Below, piece by piece: positions 1-9,583 of a stretch of DNA of 48,398 bases. Made by a program: the position numbers and the translations under genes. The notes under the pieces are model-generated. The model saw only the letters and a list, made by a program, of their open reading frames with translations. It was not told the origin of the DNA and searched no databases. How positions within the stretch are numbered: position 1 is the first letter of the stretch; the number at the start of each line of letters is the position of its first letter. The stretch lies in assembly GCA_016181145.1 (NCBI GenBank), contig JACOZW010000023.1, positions 1 to 48,398 on the forward strand. The letters are read 5' to 3'. This DNA comes from Candidatus Yanofskybacteria bacterium. GTDB taxonomy: Bacteria; Patescibacteriota; Minisyncoccia; 2-02-FULL-40-12; GWA2-44-9.

Positions 1-78
1 AATAAAAAAACGACGCCGTCTTTCTCGCGCCAAATTATCAACATAAGAACCGCGTGGTTGATAAGCTCTACCGGCCAT
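1..78 (-). CDS. 5' end of an unidentified gene running off the left edge (MAGRAYQPRGSYVDNLARERRRRFFI...)
   Basis: ATG at 76-78 on the minus strand, open in frame to position 1. Very basic N-terminus. Too short for the ORF track and the product is not recognisable. Confidence 0.3.
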   Translation of the reverse strand, partial: MAGRAYQPRGSYVDNLARERRRRFFI

Positions 79-161
79 ATATTTTTTATCCCTTTTTAAT
101 TTCTAGGAAGCTATCCGATAAGTCTCTTTCTTAACGAAAGTTTCAAATTTTGAGATAGAAG

Positions 162-213
162 TTATTTAAATTTTTGAAGAATAGTTGATACTATTCAGAG
201 AAAATTTAAATAA
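162..213 (-). terminator. AT-rich nested hairpin downstream of serS
   Basis: TTATTTAAATTTT (162-174) pairs with AAAATTTAAATAA (201-213). Inner stem is GAATAGT/ACTATTC. It lies 40 nt after the serS stop. Confidence 0.3.
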
Positions 214-253
214 TCTTATAGCCTAAATTTGAAATTTGCAGTAGAATACGGAC

Positions 254-1537
254 TTATTGGATAGCTTCCAGCCCACCCATATATTTTTGCAAAACTTTAG
301 GAATCTTAACTGTCCCCTTCTCGGTCTGATAATTTTCCATAATGGCAATCAGCGTACGACCAGCAAATGCAGTCGCGTCATTCATGTGAACAAATTCGGA
401 CTTATTATCTCTCTTGAACTTAATAGCAAGGCGACGAGATTGAAAATCAGTCATTAAGTCTGAAGTATGAGTCTCGCGATATTTGTTTTGACCAGGCATC
501 CAGGTTTCAATATCGATCTGGCGGGCATCCGGTGCGCCCATATCGCCGCTACAGATCGCCACAACCTGGTATGGCAGTTCCAGATCCTGAATCATATATT
601 CCTGAATCGCGACTATGAAATCCTGTTCTTTGACAGAATCTTCCGGCAAAGTAAAAGATTCCATCTCCAATTTATCGAATTGATGCACCCTAAGCATCCC
701 CTTCATATCTTTGCCGTAAGAACCTGCTTCACGACGAAATGCAGTTGAAAAACCAACATATCTTAAAGGCAGGTTTTCTATTTTTATAAATTCATCCATG
801 TGCATTGAACCGAGAGTGTGTTCGGCACTGCCTATTAGATAGAGGTTGTCACTCGAGATGTGATATCGTTCTTCTTTGGGTTCAAGGCGTCCCATTTTTT
901 GAAATACATCCGGCTTAATAAAAACTGGCGGTAAGACCGGAATAAACGGAGTGTCGGGAACATCCAGCTTTGCCTTTTTTATTATTTTTTTAAGCTGACC
1001 GCTGTCAGTTAAAACAGACAGAGCATATTGCATCAGGGCAAATTCCATCAACGCCAAACCGCCTTTCATATAAACAAATCTCGCTCCTGAGACTTTAGCC
1101 GCCCTCTCGCTATCCAGAATATCCAATTCCTGACCCAACTCCCAGTGCTCTTTTGGCTTAAATGGGAATCCTGATATTTTACCAACTTGCCGGATAACTT
1201 TATTCCCAGACTCATCTACACCAACGGGAGTATCCTCCGAAGGGATATTAGGAACTTTTAACATTATCTCGTGGAACTTCTTTTCAATCTCAGTCAAACC
1301 GCCTTCCAGCTCCTTAAATTTTTCTTTTATTTTCTTTAGCTCCTCAATACCTTCAGGCGACTGCGGACCTTTTGACTTGCTATTTTGTTCAGCCTTCAGT
1401 GATTCGGATGACTCCATTATCTGCCTTCTCTTTTTGTCTATTTCCAATAACTCATCTACATCAACATTGGCCTTCTTATTTTTAACGGCTTCTTTCACAA
1501 TCTCCGGATTATCCCTTATGAATTTAATATCGAGCAT
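254..1537 (-). CDS. serS: seryl-tRNA synthetase
   Basis: 427 aa. N-terminal coiled-coil arm plus class-II motifs FRREAGSYGKDMKGMLRVHQFDKLE and GRTLIAIMENYQ. Confidence 0.95.
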   Translation of the reverse strand: MLDIKFIRDNPEIVKEAVKNKKANVDVDELLEIDKKRRQIMESSESLKAEQNSKSKGPQSPEGIEELKKIKEKFKELEGGLTEIEKKFHEIMLKVPNIPSEDTPVGVDESGNKVIRQVGKISGFPFKPKEHWELGQELDILDSERAAKVSGARFVYMKGGLALMEFALMQYALSVLTDSGQLKKIIKKAKLDVPDTPFIPVLPPVFIKPDVFQKMGRLEPKEERYHISSDNLYLIGSAEHTLGSMHMDEFIKIENLPLRYVGFSTAFRREAGSYGKDMKGMLRVHQFDKLEMESFTLPEDSVKEQDFIVAIQEYMIQDLELPYQVVAICSGDMGAPDARQIDIETWMPGQNKYRETHTSDLMTDFQSRRLAIKFKRDNKSEFVHMNDATAFAGRTLIAIMENYQTEKGTVKIPKVLQKYMGGLEAIQ

Positions 1538-1552
1538 AATTATCTTTTAAAT

Positions 1553-3052
1553 TTATTTCAATGCTACTTCTCTGCCTGATTTTGTTTTCCGATCAGCTAC
1601 ATCAGATATAGTCTCGGCAACCTTGTTGCTATGGGCAACTATGTAATCGTTTACCCGACGGCCTTGTATAAATATATCCCGAACTAAGTCTTTCGACAAT
1701 GAGATATTCCCTAGCCTCAACTTGGCTATGATGCTGGTGAGTATTTTTAAGTCGCCTCCCAGAGAAACCTCAGTTCTTTTACCGCCATCTTCCAGATCAA
1801 TCATCTCTGAAGATTGGTATCCTTTAAGGTCATCGGCTATAGAGGCTTCTAGGCCAAGTTTAACCAGGACCCGCCTGAAGCCTTCTATTAACTCATCCTC
1901 TTTTATTAAATCGGCCTGATATAAAGCTATCAGATTTTTTTCTCTGCCGGACTCCAAGATGCTTTTTATAAGCGTCGCCAGAACTACTCTCTGGTCATAG
2001 GCAGATTCACCCACTATCGGTTTAATATCGGGTTTTTTATCCTGAAGATACTGCATTAGTTCAAATGTTATGTTCTGGGTCCTACCCTCGACCAAGATTG
2101 GCCACAATCCGGAAACTTCTTTTCCCCTGAGTATCTGTTCTATATCATCATGTTTAGCCAGATTGGCCTGAAGAGAGTGGATGATTTCATGAACTAAGGC
2201 ATTTAAATAAAGATTCGGATCAACTTCACCTTTGCGATTCAGAAAAATACCTGGGAAAATTAAGATTTCCGGACTTAGTTTTTTGGGTATGCTCGCTAAA
2301 TCTCCAGTAGCGGCCAAAGTGTTTTTATCTTTTAAATTGACGGCATATGTTCCGGCGACTAAACCGTTCAACTCCAGGCGGTCATGGATTTTGAAAGACA
2401 GTTTAGCGGGAGATACGGTTTCCCTGAGCAAGCTCCTGATCTCTCTCGAGTCATCCAATAATAAATTCGACCAGATAATATCGCCCAGATTCGATCGGAT
2501 AAATTCGTGGGCATCTTTTACTATTTCAGGATTTTTTCTTACTGATTCCAATGCCGCGTGTTTTTTCTGGATAAAAATCCTCAATTCATCTCTGGGTATG
2601 TAAGCTCCGGCATATCCTCGCTCCTGCTCAAGGTCTTCAGGTGAACCAATTTCTGCTCCTTCTAAAATTTCTGCGGTCAGCTTATTTAATTCTTCTGATA
2701 GATGTTTCTGGCAATCTTCTACCCACGCATAGAACTCGGGATCTTCTTCTTTTACTCTCTTCTTAAAGTCTTCTATCTTTTTTGTGGACAAATCCTTTTC
2801 CAGATTAAATTCTACACCCTCAGCACCCTTCACTAATTTGAGCTGGTCGGCGGCACTCTGGCCCTCTAAATCCTGAAAGGCTAAAAAACCAAACATAATA
2901 AGCCTGGATATCCTGTTTCCGATCATTCTTCTGAAAAAATTTAGGCTGCGCTCTCGGCCCTGACCATTATCCGGGCCAGCAACTTTTGCCGGAGCTAGCT
3001 CCGGCTGTTGAGAAAAGTCACCTTTTTTTTCCTTTCCGCCAAAATATTTCAT
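1553..3052 (-). CDS. hypothetical protein with an HExxH (LVHEIIHSLQ) metalloprotease-like motif
   Basis: Uninterrupted 499-aa ORF packed tightly between serS and lysS. The only recognisable signature is HEIIH. Confidence 0.6.
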   Translation of the reverse strand: MKYFGGKEKKGDFSQQPELAPAKVAGPDNGQGRERSLNFFRRMIGNRISRLIMFGFLAFQDLEGQSAADQLKLVKGAEGVEFNLEKDLSTKKIEDFKKRVKEEDPEFYAWVEDCQKHLSEELNKLTAEILEGAEIGSPEDLEQERGYAGAYIPRDELRIFIQKKHAALESVRKNPEIVKDAHEFIRSNLGDIIWSNLLLDDSREIRSLLRETVSPAKLSFKIHDRLELNGLVAGTYAVNLKDKNTLAATGDLASIPKKLSPEILIFPGIFLNRKGEVDPNLYLNALVHEIIHSLQANLAKHDDIEQILRGKEVSGLWPILVEGRTQNITFELMQYLQDKKPDIKPIVGESAYDQRVVLATLIKSILESGREKNLIALYQADLIKEDELIEGFRRVLVKLGLEASIADDLKGYQSSEMIDLEDGGKRTEVSLGGDLKILTSIIAKLRLGNISLSKDLVRDIFIQGRRVNDYIVAHSNKVAETISDVADRKTKSGREVALK

Positions 3053-3069
3053 CTTTTTTCAACTCTAGA

Positions 3070-4533
3070 CTACTGTTTCGGCCGCATTAACGGAAAAATT
3101 TGAGTTTCCCTAATGGGTTTATTCATTAAAAAGCTAAACAATCGCTCGCTAAAACCGTGGCCTGCGGTAGGAGGCATACCGTATTCCAGAGCTTCAATAA
3201 AATCATAATCTGCCATTTGAGCTTCTTGGTCGCCCGACTTTCGCATCTTTTCCTGAGCTTCAAATCGCTCTCTCTGATCAATCGGATCATTAAGCTCGCT
3301 ATATCCCTGACCCACTTCCGAACCGGCAATAATAAAATGAAAACGCTCGGTAATATCCGGATTTTTAGCCGAAGCCTTAGCAAGAGGCGAGATTATTTTT
3401 GGTTCATTAATAAGAATAGCTGGTCCGCCTATATTTTTGCGGCAATATTTCCATAGAGAATCAATAAACCGTCCACGATTTTCAACAGCATATTCAACCT
3501 TAAGATCGTCCAGTTTCTTTTGTATCTCTTTATCGGTTGCCTTCCAGATGTCGATATTTGTCTGTTTCCTAATCTCTTCGGTATAATCTATCAGTGGCCA
3601 GTCAGATGCAAGATCTATATCAAAACCATTTATCTTGAACTGAAGCGTTCCGAAAGTTTTTTGAGCAATATAGCGATAGCATTCTTTCAAAAACTTATAC
3701 ATATCTTCGTAGTCAGCATAAGCCCAATAAGCTTCGCATTGAGTGTAGTCCTGCAAATGTTCGGCCGACATTCCTTCATTGCGGAAAATCCTGCCGATTT
3801 CGAATGTTTTTTCAAATCCAGCAACCATCAATTTTTTCTGCCAAAGCTCTCCGGCTGAGATACGAAGATAAACGTCCATATCCAATGCGTCATGATGGGT
3901 CTTGAAAGGGTTTGCATCCGCTCCGCCGACAGTAGTCTCTAAGACCGGAGTTTCAACTTCCAAAAATCCGTTTTTGACATGAAATTCTCTGACCGCATTC
4001 CAGAAAATAGCCCTCTTTTCGACAATTTGTCTTGATTCCGGATTAAAAATAAAATCAAGATACCTCTTCCTTAAACGATCTTCTGTATCCTGCAGGCCAT
4101 GCCACTTTTCCGGCAAAGGAAGAAGGGCTTTAGTCAAAATCCTGAAATCTTTTACTTCGAGAGTTTTTTCTTCTTTTTTGGTTTTAAATAAAGTACCGCT
4201 TATTTCAACAAAATCTCCGATATCACTAAGATCGGAAAAATTAGAAAAAATTTCTTTTCCTACGATATCTTCTTTTATAAATCCCTGAATTTTACCGCTA
4301 CCGTCTCGGAGATCAAAGAATATCGCTCCACCCATATCTCTTCGGGCCATTACTCGTCCGGCTAGGGTAAGTTTCTCTTTTGATTCAGAGAATTTATCAA
4401 AGTTTTCCAATGCTCCGGCGATCGCATGCGTCCGTCCCGAAACAGCCGGATACGGATCAAAACCGGCTTTCCTAAGCTTTTCTAATTTATCTACTTTAGT
4501 TTTACGGATTTCATCTAAGGACATATTCGCCAA
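3070..4533 (-). CDS. lysS: lysyl-tRNA synthetase, class II
   Basis: 487 aa. N-terminal OB-fold region, IFRNEGMSAEH (motif 2 region) and GMPPTAGHGFSERL (motif 3). Confidence 0.95.
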   Translation of the reverse strand: MANMSLDEIRKTKVDKLEKLRKAGFDPYPAVSGRTHAIAGALENFDKFSESKEKLTLAGRVMARRDMGGAIFFDLRDGSGKIQGFIKEDIVGKEIFSNFSDLSDIGDFVEISGTLFKTKKEEKTLEVKDFRILTKALLPLPEKWHGLQDTEDRLRKRYLDFIFNPESRQIVEKRAIFWNAVREFHVKNGFLEVETPVLETTVGGADANPFKTHHDALDMDVYLRISAGELWQKKLMVAGFEKTFEIGRIFRNEGMSAEHLQDYTQCEAYWAYADYEDMYKFLKECYRYIAQKTFGTLQFKINGFDIDLASDWPLIDYTEEIRKQTNIDIWKATDKEIQKKLDDLKVEYAVENRGRFIDSLWKYCRKNIGGPAILINEPKIISPLAKASAKNPDITERFHFIIAGSEVGQGYSELNDPIDQRERFEAQEKMRKSGDQEAQMADYDFIEALEYGMPPTAGHGFSERLFSFLMNKPIRETQIFPLMRPKQ

Positions 4534-4666
4534 AGGATCTAATTGGAGCTGATATTATAAACAAATTATAGCAATATAAAATTTAAAGGTAAATATGCGG
4601 CCTCATTGTAAAATCCATATTTTTGGTTATACTCAGCCTCAGATGCTTTAAAAACCGGGGCTAAGC

Positions 4667-5317
4667 ATGGAAATAAGCAAAGAAGAACTCGAGCTTCTCA
4701 TAGATGCACGGATATCACAGCATATTACTAATTTTTTATTTCCCGATCTAAAAGTATATATTTTCCCGGGCGGCAAAAAACCGGTAAGAGCTACAGATGG
4801 CGCCATCGGCTTTGATTTTTTTCTGAGGGCCGTCGTAGATCCATTTGAGATGGATCCGATTAACCCGGTACTAAGAAAGACTATATTTAATTTTAAAGAT
4901 TTTCCCAAAAATAATCCCGTCGCAGATGGACACATGATTCACTATCCGAGCGAAAAAGGAAACGAGCTTGCATACAGACTGGATCCCGGAGAATCAATCC
5001 TGGTCGGCGTTGGCTGTACAATAGAAATGCCATTCCCTATGTTTCACTGGGTTGCCCCAAGAAGCGGTCTGGCATCCAAATGGAAGGTTACGGTCACTAA
5101 CGCCCCCGGGACAGTTGATCCTGACTATCGGGGTGAGGCCGGAGTCCTATTACTAAATATCAATAGTAATCCAATCCCGCTGACCAAAGACATGAAAATA
5201 GCTCAGGCAATATTTCAAATGGCTATTATTCCGAACCTGATCGAAGTTACTTCTCATAAAGAACTAACAACAACCAAAAGAGGTGTAGGCGGTTTCGGAT
5301 CAACCGGCATTAGATAG
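4667..5317 (+). CDS. dut: dUTP diphosphatase (dUTPase/dCTP-deaminase superfamily) with an N-terminal extension
   Basis: PGTVDPDYRGEAGVLLLN (motif 3) and C-terminal RGVGGFGSTG (motif 5, typical of trimeric dUTPases). Confidence 0.8.
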   Translation: MEISKEELELLIDARISQHITNFLFPDLKVYIFPGGKKPVRATDGAIGFDFFLRAVVDPFEMDPINPVLRKTIFNFKDFPKNNPVADGHMIHYPSEKGNELAYRLDPGESILVGVGCTIEMPFPMFHWVAPRSGLASKWKVTVTNAPGTVDPDYRGEAGVLLLNINSNPIPLTKDMKIAQAIFQMAIIPNLIEVTSHKELTTTKRGVGGFGSTGIR

Positions 5318-5319
5318 TT

Positions 5320-5346
5320 AAAACCCCCTTATATTGGGGGTTTTAT
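5320..5346 (+). terminator. rho-independent terminator of dut
   Basis: AAAACCCCC-TTATATT-GGGGGTTTT followed by T-rich sequence, 3 nt after the dut stop. Confidence 0.7.
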
Positions 5347-5352
5347 TAACTC

Positions 5353-5381
5353 TTGACATTTATACTGAATTATGATATACT
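5353..5381 (+). promoter_or_regulatory. sigma70-type promoter of the GC-rich mini-gene
   Basis: TTGACA (5353-5358), 17-nt spacer, TATACT (5376-5381). Confidence 0.5.
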
Positions 5382-5450
5382 TAAAGCACGATGGGATTAA
5401 CCCATCATCCGTAAACCACTTCCCCGCCAAGGCGGGGGGAGGGACGACAG

Positions 5451-5681
5451 ATGAGAATAACAAGCGTGCGGGAGAGCAAGAAGGGCTTTGTGATCACAGT
5501 CGTACAGGAGGGACGTTCGACAACGTTCCACCTCCACGGCACGACCGACGCCTACGGGCGTCAGTGGAATGTTCTCGACGGCACCTTCACGGTAAGGACG
5601 CCGGAGAACGTCGACTCGCTGGACCCGCGCCCGGGTCCGGCGCCGAAGACCGAAGAGGTCACGACAGTCACCGCCGAATAA
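5451..5681 (+). CDS. hypothetical 76-aa protein encoded in a GC-rich patch
   Basis: GGAGGG sits 7 nt upstream of the ATG. It has its own promoter and terminator. Competing ORFs 5372..5827(+) and 5397..5732(-) lack these signals. Confidence 0.55.
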   Translation: MRITSVRESKKGFVITVVQEGRSTTFHLHGTTDAYGRQWNVLDGTFTVRTPENVDSLDPRPGPAPKTEEVTTVTAE

Positions 5682-5703
5682 GGGATCGCTCCCAAATCGG
5701 CAA

Positions 5704-5729
5704 GGACCGCGCAACGCGCGGTCCTTTTT
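5704..5729. terminator. bidirectional GC hairpin terminator (mini-gene / greA)
   Basis: GGACCGCG (5704-5711) pairs with CGCGGTCC (5717-5724), followed by T5. The greA stop is at 5732 on the opposite strand. Confidence 0.7.
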
Positions 5730-5731
5730 CA

Positions 5732-6190
5732 TTATTTAACTTCGAGTATCTTATATTCCACTATACCTTTTGGTGTTTTTACATCTACATTATCCCCTTT
5801 CTTTTTACCAAGAAAAGCGCTTCCTAGAGGAGATTCATTTGAAATAAAACCTCTGAGCGGATCTGATTCGGCCGCCCCAACAATAACAAAATCCTGAGTG
5901 CCGTTTTTTGACTGAACTTTGACTCCTGAACCAATATCAACAGTGCTCTTGCCAGAACTTCCCTTAAAGACTTTAGCATTATCTAAAATATCTTTTATCT
6001 CTTCGATCCTGCCCTCGTTAACGGCCTGAGCCTCTTTAGCTGCATCGAAACCGGCGTTTTCTGATATATCGCCCTCCTCTTTTGCCTCTTTCAGTCTCTT
6101 GGCGATCTCGCCACGCAGTACACTAATGCGATGCTCATATTCACTCTTTAATTTTTCCAACCCTTCTGGGGTAAAGTATTGTTCATCCAT
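5732..6190 (-). CDS. greA: transcription elongation factor GreA
   Basis: 152 aa. N-terminal coiled coil with GDISENAGFDAAKE, and a C-terminal globular domain. Confidence 0.93.
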   Translation of the reverse strand: MDEQYFTPEGLEKLKSEYEHRISVLRGEIAKRLKEAKEEGDISENAGFDAAKEAQAVNEGRIEEIKDILDNAKVFKGSSGKSTVDIGSGVKVQSKNGTQDFVIVGAAESDPLRGFISNESPLGSAFLGKKKGDNVDVKTPKGIVEYKILEVK

Positions 6191-6363
6191 GTTGTTAGTA
6201 AGTTATGATGAAGTAGCTTAACACTCCTATACAAAAAGGCAAGCTTTCTTTTGTGGGTAACGGTATGAATGTAAAGTGTAAATATCAAAATGGAAAATGA
6301 CAGTTCAAGATCTTAAAATTTTATAATTTTACATTATAATTTTTAATTTTGATTTTTAAATTT

Positions 6364-8292
6364 TTAATTTCTACTGAAGTACCATTTGAGTACCTCGCTA
6401 GCTACTTTAATCGCCAATCCCTGCTGAGTAGGACTTGCCCCCTCTATCAGGATTGTCATTGCCAGCTCTGGATTTTCATGAGGCGTAAAAACAATTAAAA
6501 AAGAGTTAACTGACCTGCCCTTAACAACTTCGGCAGTTCCTGTTTTTGCTCCGGCAGTAACCGGGAGATCTTTAAGCGGCTGGGCAGTTCCGGATAATAC
6601 GGTCTCTCTCATGGCATTTCTAACCTCATTAATAACGCCTTCAGAAAATGGCAGACTGCCAATTACTTCAGAATTGAATTCAGCCACAGTTTCTTGATCT
6701 CTATTAACAACCCTATTCCCGATTAATGGTTTGTAAAAATTACCACCATTAGCAATAGCCGACACATAACTATTAAGCCACAGGGGCGTAACCAGCAAGT
6801 CGCCCTGGCCTATAGAAATATTATATGTATCACCGAGATACCAAGCCTCGCCTTTTTCCCTGAGCTTCCATTCGGGACTGGGAACGAAACCCTTTTCTTC
6901 ACCCGGCATATCCAAGCCCAAAGCAGAAGCAATGAGCGAAGCATTAAAATACTTTATTAACCTCTCAGCGCCAAGACCATTAATATTGCCAAAGCCTCCG
7001 CCCATCGTAAAAAAATAAATATTGCATGAGTTGGCTATCGCCCGCCTAAGATTAAACGGCCCATACTCAACCCGCCAATTTTTAAAAACATAGGGATTAT
7101 CCTGGTCATAAGGATTAGCAATGGTTAAATCAACGCAGTCCTCAATTGTATCGCCAGGAGTCATTATTTTCTCCTGCAGACCGGCCATACCGACAAGAGG
7201 TTTAATCGTCGAACCGGGGTTATATAAACCGCCGACAACGCGATTAAAAAGTGGCTTAGATTTATTCTCAAATAAACGCCTATAATCGCCCTCGGAAATA
7301 CTGGAGCTAAAGATATTGTTATCGAAACCCGGAAAGCTAACCAGAGCCCTGACCGATCCGTCTCTGGGATCCTGCACTATCGCGGCTGCCCTAGATAAAC
7401 CCGAATCACGCAAAACGGAGAATACTTCATCGTACAGCTTTACCTGAAGATCATGATCGATATTTAAAATAAGGCTATTGCCGGATGTCGGCTCTTTAGT
7501 TATGTGTCCGGCCTCACCGCGGGAGAAGAAAATATTACCATGCACGCCCCGCAGAAATTTTTCATATTGATTTTCGATTCCAAGGCGACCCACCACATCC
7601 GTTGTAAAATAATAATCGTCCCCCAAGTCATCTTTGCTTACCTTACCGGTATAACCTATAATCTGGGAAAATTTAGGGCCATCCAGATACTCCCTCTTTG
7701 TATCCGGTACAACATAAAAACCTTTCGGATCGAGATATTCAATTGCCAGAGCCTGATCCTTAGTTAGCTCAAGATGAACAAAAAAAGTGCTATTAAATTT
7801 CATTTGATCAATAATCTTTTGATGCAATATGTCTGGATTCTGGCCGAGTATCTGAGCAATTTTGATCACATGCCCTCCTAAATCTTCTGAACTATCTTTC
7901 AATTCCCTGGTGATAGCCAATAGATTAAACACCGGTATATTTCTAACCAGAACCAGACCATTGCGATCCAATATGGCTCCACGCGGAGGCGGGAGAGGAA
8001 AATTAGCCGACTTGTTCTGAAAGGCAAGCTTAGAAAAAACATCATGGTCGATGATAGAATTTTTAAAAACAAAAGATAAGATGATCAAAAATACAAGCGA
8101 GAACACAACCATAAAGAGACGAAAGACTAATCCGGAAATCGGTTGTTCGATATCTGAATACTGACTATCTGAATCAAGCAAAGTCTCTTCGGGTGCTACC
8201 CAATCATCACTTTCAACGGATATGCCGTAGTAATTTTTATTTCTTTTTAAGAACATAGGCAAAAATAGCAGAAAAAATACACGACCATACAA
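6364..8292 (-). CDS. mrdA: penicillin-binding protein 2 (elongasome transpeptidase)
   Basis: STIKP (SxxK), SCN (SxN) and KTGTA in the correct order. It lies downstream of mreBCD. The start overlaps the mreD end, so the true start may be the internal Met at about 8256. Confidence 0.85.
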   Translation of the reverse strand: MYGRVFFLLFLPMFLKRNKNYYGISVESDDWVAPEETLLDSDSQYSDIEQPISGLVFRLFMVVFSLVFLIILSFVFKNSIIDHDVFSKLAFQNKSANFPLPPPRGAILDRNGLVLVRNIPVFNLLAITRELKDSSEDLGGHVIKIAQILGQNPDILHQKIIDQMKFNSTFFVHLELTKDQALAIEYLDPKGFYVVPDTKREYLDGPKFSQIIGYTGKVSKDDLGDDYYFTTDVVGRLGIENQYEKFLRGVHGNIFFSRGEAGHITKEPTSGNSLILNIDHDLQVKLYDEVFSVLRDSGLSRAAAIVQDPRDGSVRALVSFPGFDNNIFSSSISEGDYRRLFENKSKPLFNRVVGGLYNPGSTIKPLVGMAGLQEKIMTPGDTIEDCVDLTIANPYDQDNPYVFKNWRVEYGPFNLRRAIANSCNIYFFTMGGGFGNINGLGAERLIKYFNASLIASALGLDMPGEEKGFVPSPEWKLREKGEAWYLGDTYNISIGQGDLLVTPLWLNSYVSAIANGGNFYKPLIGNRVVNRDQETVAEFNSEVIGSLPFSEGVINEVRNAMRETVLSGTAQPLKDLPVTAGAKTGTAEVVKGRSVNSFLIVFTPHENPELAMTILIEGASPTQQGLAIKVASEVLKWYFSRN

Positions 8293-8785
8293 AAATAGTT
8301 ATTATAGCACCCGCATCAAGAAGAATACTCCAAGTACCCCATGTCCTGTAAATACTAGTTAGGGCGAATTTATCAGTGCCGATCCGGTCAAATACATCAA
8401 GTCCGTTAAACTGGCCGAAAAATATAAATAGCCATGAATATATATATGAGAGAACCATCAAAACAAAGGATCGGGCTAAAATTACGGCAAAAGAAACTGC
8501 ATTGTCCAGTCCAGCGCTTATCTCAATAAAATGGTCAATAGCAAAATATACAAAAGCGGTGATTAGAAGCGGTATTAGGCTAGAGCCTATCTGGGCCCCC
8601 GTAAATAACTCCCCGACCAGACTGAAGATAGCCAACTGAATTGCGGCTTTTTTAAAATCCGAGGCATTAACAATAATCGCTAAAATAAATATGGGAGTAA
8701 TCAAAAAAAGTTCCGTACCCTCGATGGCCGGCAGCAACAGATTCTCAAGAACTAAGAATAAAATATAAATAAAAAACAGCGTCAT
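8237..8785 (-). CDS. mreD: rod-shape protein MreD
   Basis: 182-aa polytopic membrane protein immediately after mreC, with a 4-nt overlap. Confidence 0.7.
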   Translation of the reverse strand: MTLFFIYILFLVLENLLLPAIEGTELFLITPIFILAIIVNASDFKKAAIQLAIFSLVGELFTGAQIGSSLIPLLITAFVYFAIDHFIEISAGLDNAVSFAVILARSFVLMVLSYIYSWLFIFFGQFNGLDVFDRIGTDKFALTSIYRTWGTWSILLDAGAIITIFVWSCIFSAIFAYVLKKK

Positions 8786-9573
8786 TTTATCAATACCATA
8801 ACCCGGCTTATGTTAACTTGACTCATCATTGGGCTAACCTGAACTTTTTTGAACACATTGCCGTCTTCCGCACTGATGTGGCTAATTTTTCCGATTATAA
8901 AACCTGGAGGCAACGGATCGTTACCATTTGTTATTACTATGTCACCCTCCTTGATTTCATCTTTCTGGGAGATAAAATCGATAAAAATTCCTTCATGGAG
9001 ACTTCCTCGGGCAATACCGGATATATTTGTTTCTAGTATCCTAATGGTGGCTTTAAAGCTAGAGTCAGTTACGACCCCCACTACCGAATACGAATCAAAG
9101 ACCTCTAATATTCTCCCGACTAAAACACCGGACGAAGAGACAACCGATGAATCGCGCCTGATACCGTCAGCAAATCCTTTATTTATTAATAAACGATGAC
9201 CATCTGGCCCAAAACTAACATTAAATGTACCCGCATCAACAATCTTGAACTCGGAAAGACCGGGGAGATTCATGGCCTCTCTAAGCAGTTTATTATCTTC
9301 TTCCGCCTGAAGCTGAGTGGCAATACGCGATAAAAGACGCGTATTCTCTTCACGCAGATACTTGTTTTCTCCAGCCAGATCACGAATCCTGCCAAGTTCT
9401 GCAAAAAAAGAGCTGATAGAGCTCAGGCGAGAAAACAAAAAAGCACTGGGTTTGTTAAAAAGGCGGGCAATGGGGCTTTCAAATTTAATGTTTGTAAATC
9501 CTAAAAAGACGAGCAGTCCCGCTACTATAATAAATAATGCCTGTTTCCAGAATTTTAGATTTTCCATTTTCAA
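8782..9573 (-). CDS. mreC: rod-shape protein MreC
   Basis: N-terminal TM segment, coiled-coil (ENKYLREENTRLLSR) and a beta-rich C-terminal domain. It sits between mreB and mreD. Confidence 0.85.
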   Translation of the reverse strand: MKMENLKFWKQALFIIVAGLLVFLGFTNIKFESPIARLFNKPSAFLFSRLSSISSFFAELGRIRDLAGENKYLREENTRLLSRIATQLQAEEDNKLLREAMNLPGLSEFKIVDAGTFNVSFGPDGHRLLINKGFADGIRRDSSVVSSSGVLVGRILEVFDSYSVVGVVTDSSFKATIRILETNISGIARGSLHEGIFIDFISQKDEIKEGDIVITNGNDPLPPGFIIGKISHISAEDGNVFKKVQVSPMMSQVNISRVMVLIK

Positions 9574-9583
9574 TTTTAAATTT

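Noticed and set aside
3126-3858. ORFs 3126..3383(-), 3157..3456(+) and 3520..3858(+), along with the many similar 60-176-aa ORFs nested in serS, the 499-aa gene, mrdA, mreC/D, mreB, proS, rseP, murG, cca and the atp genes.
   Set aside because: They lie entirely inside or antisense to long ORFs with clear family motifs. Their sequences are low in complexity (rich in S, L, F and I) and they have no ribosome-binding sites. They are shadow ORFs typical of AT-rich DNA.
5372-5827. The 151-aa plus-strand ORF and the 111-aa minus-strand ORF (5397..5732) in the GC-rich patch.
   Set aside because: Both are Arg/Gly/Pro-rich read-through frames typical of GC-rich DNA. The 151-aa ORF starts inside the -10 box and runs through the terminator into greA. 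Only the 5451..5681 frame has an SD, a promoter and a terminator in the right places.
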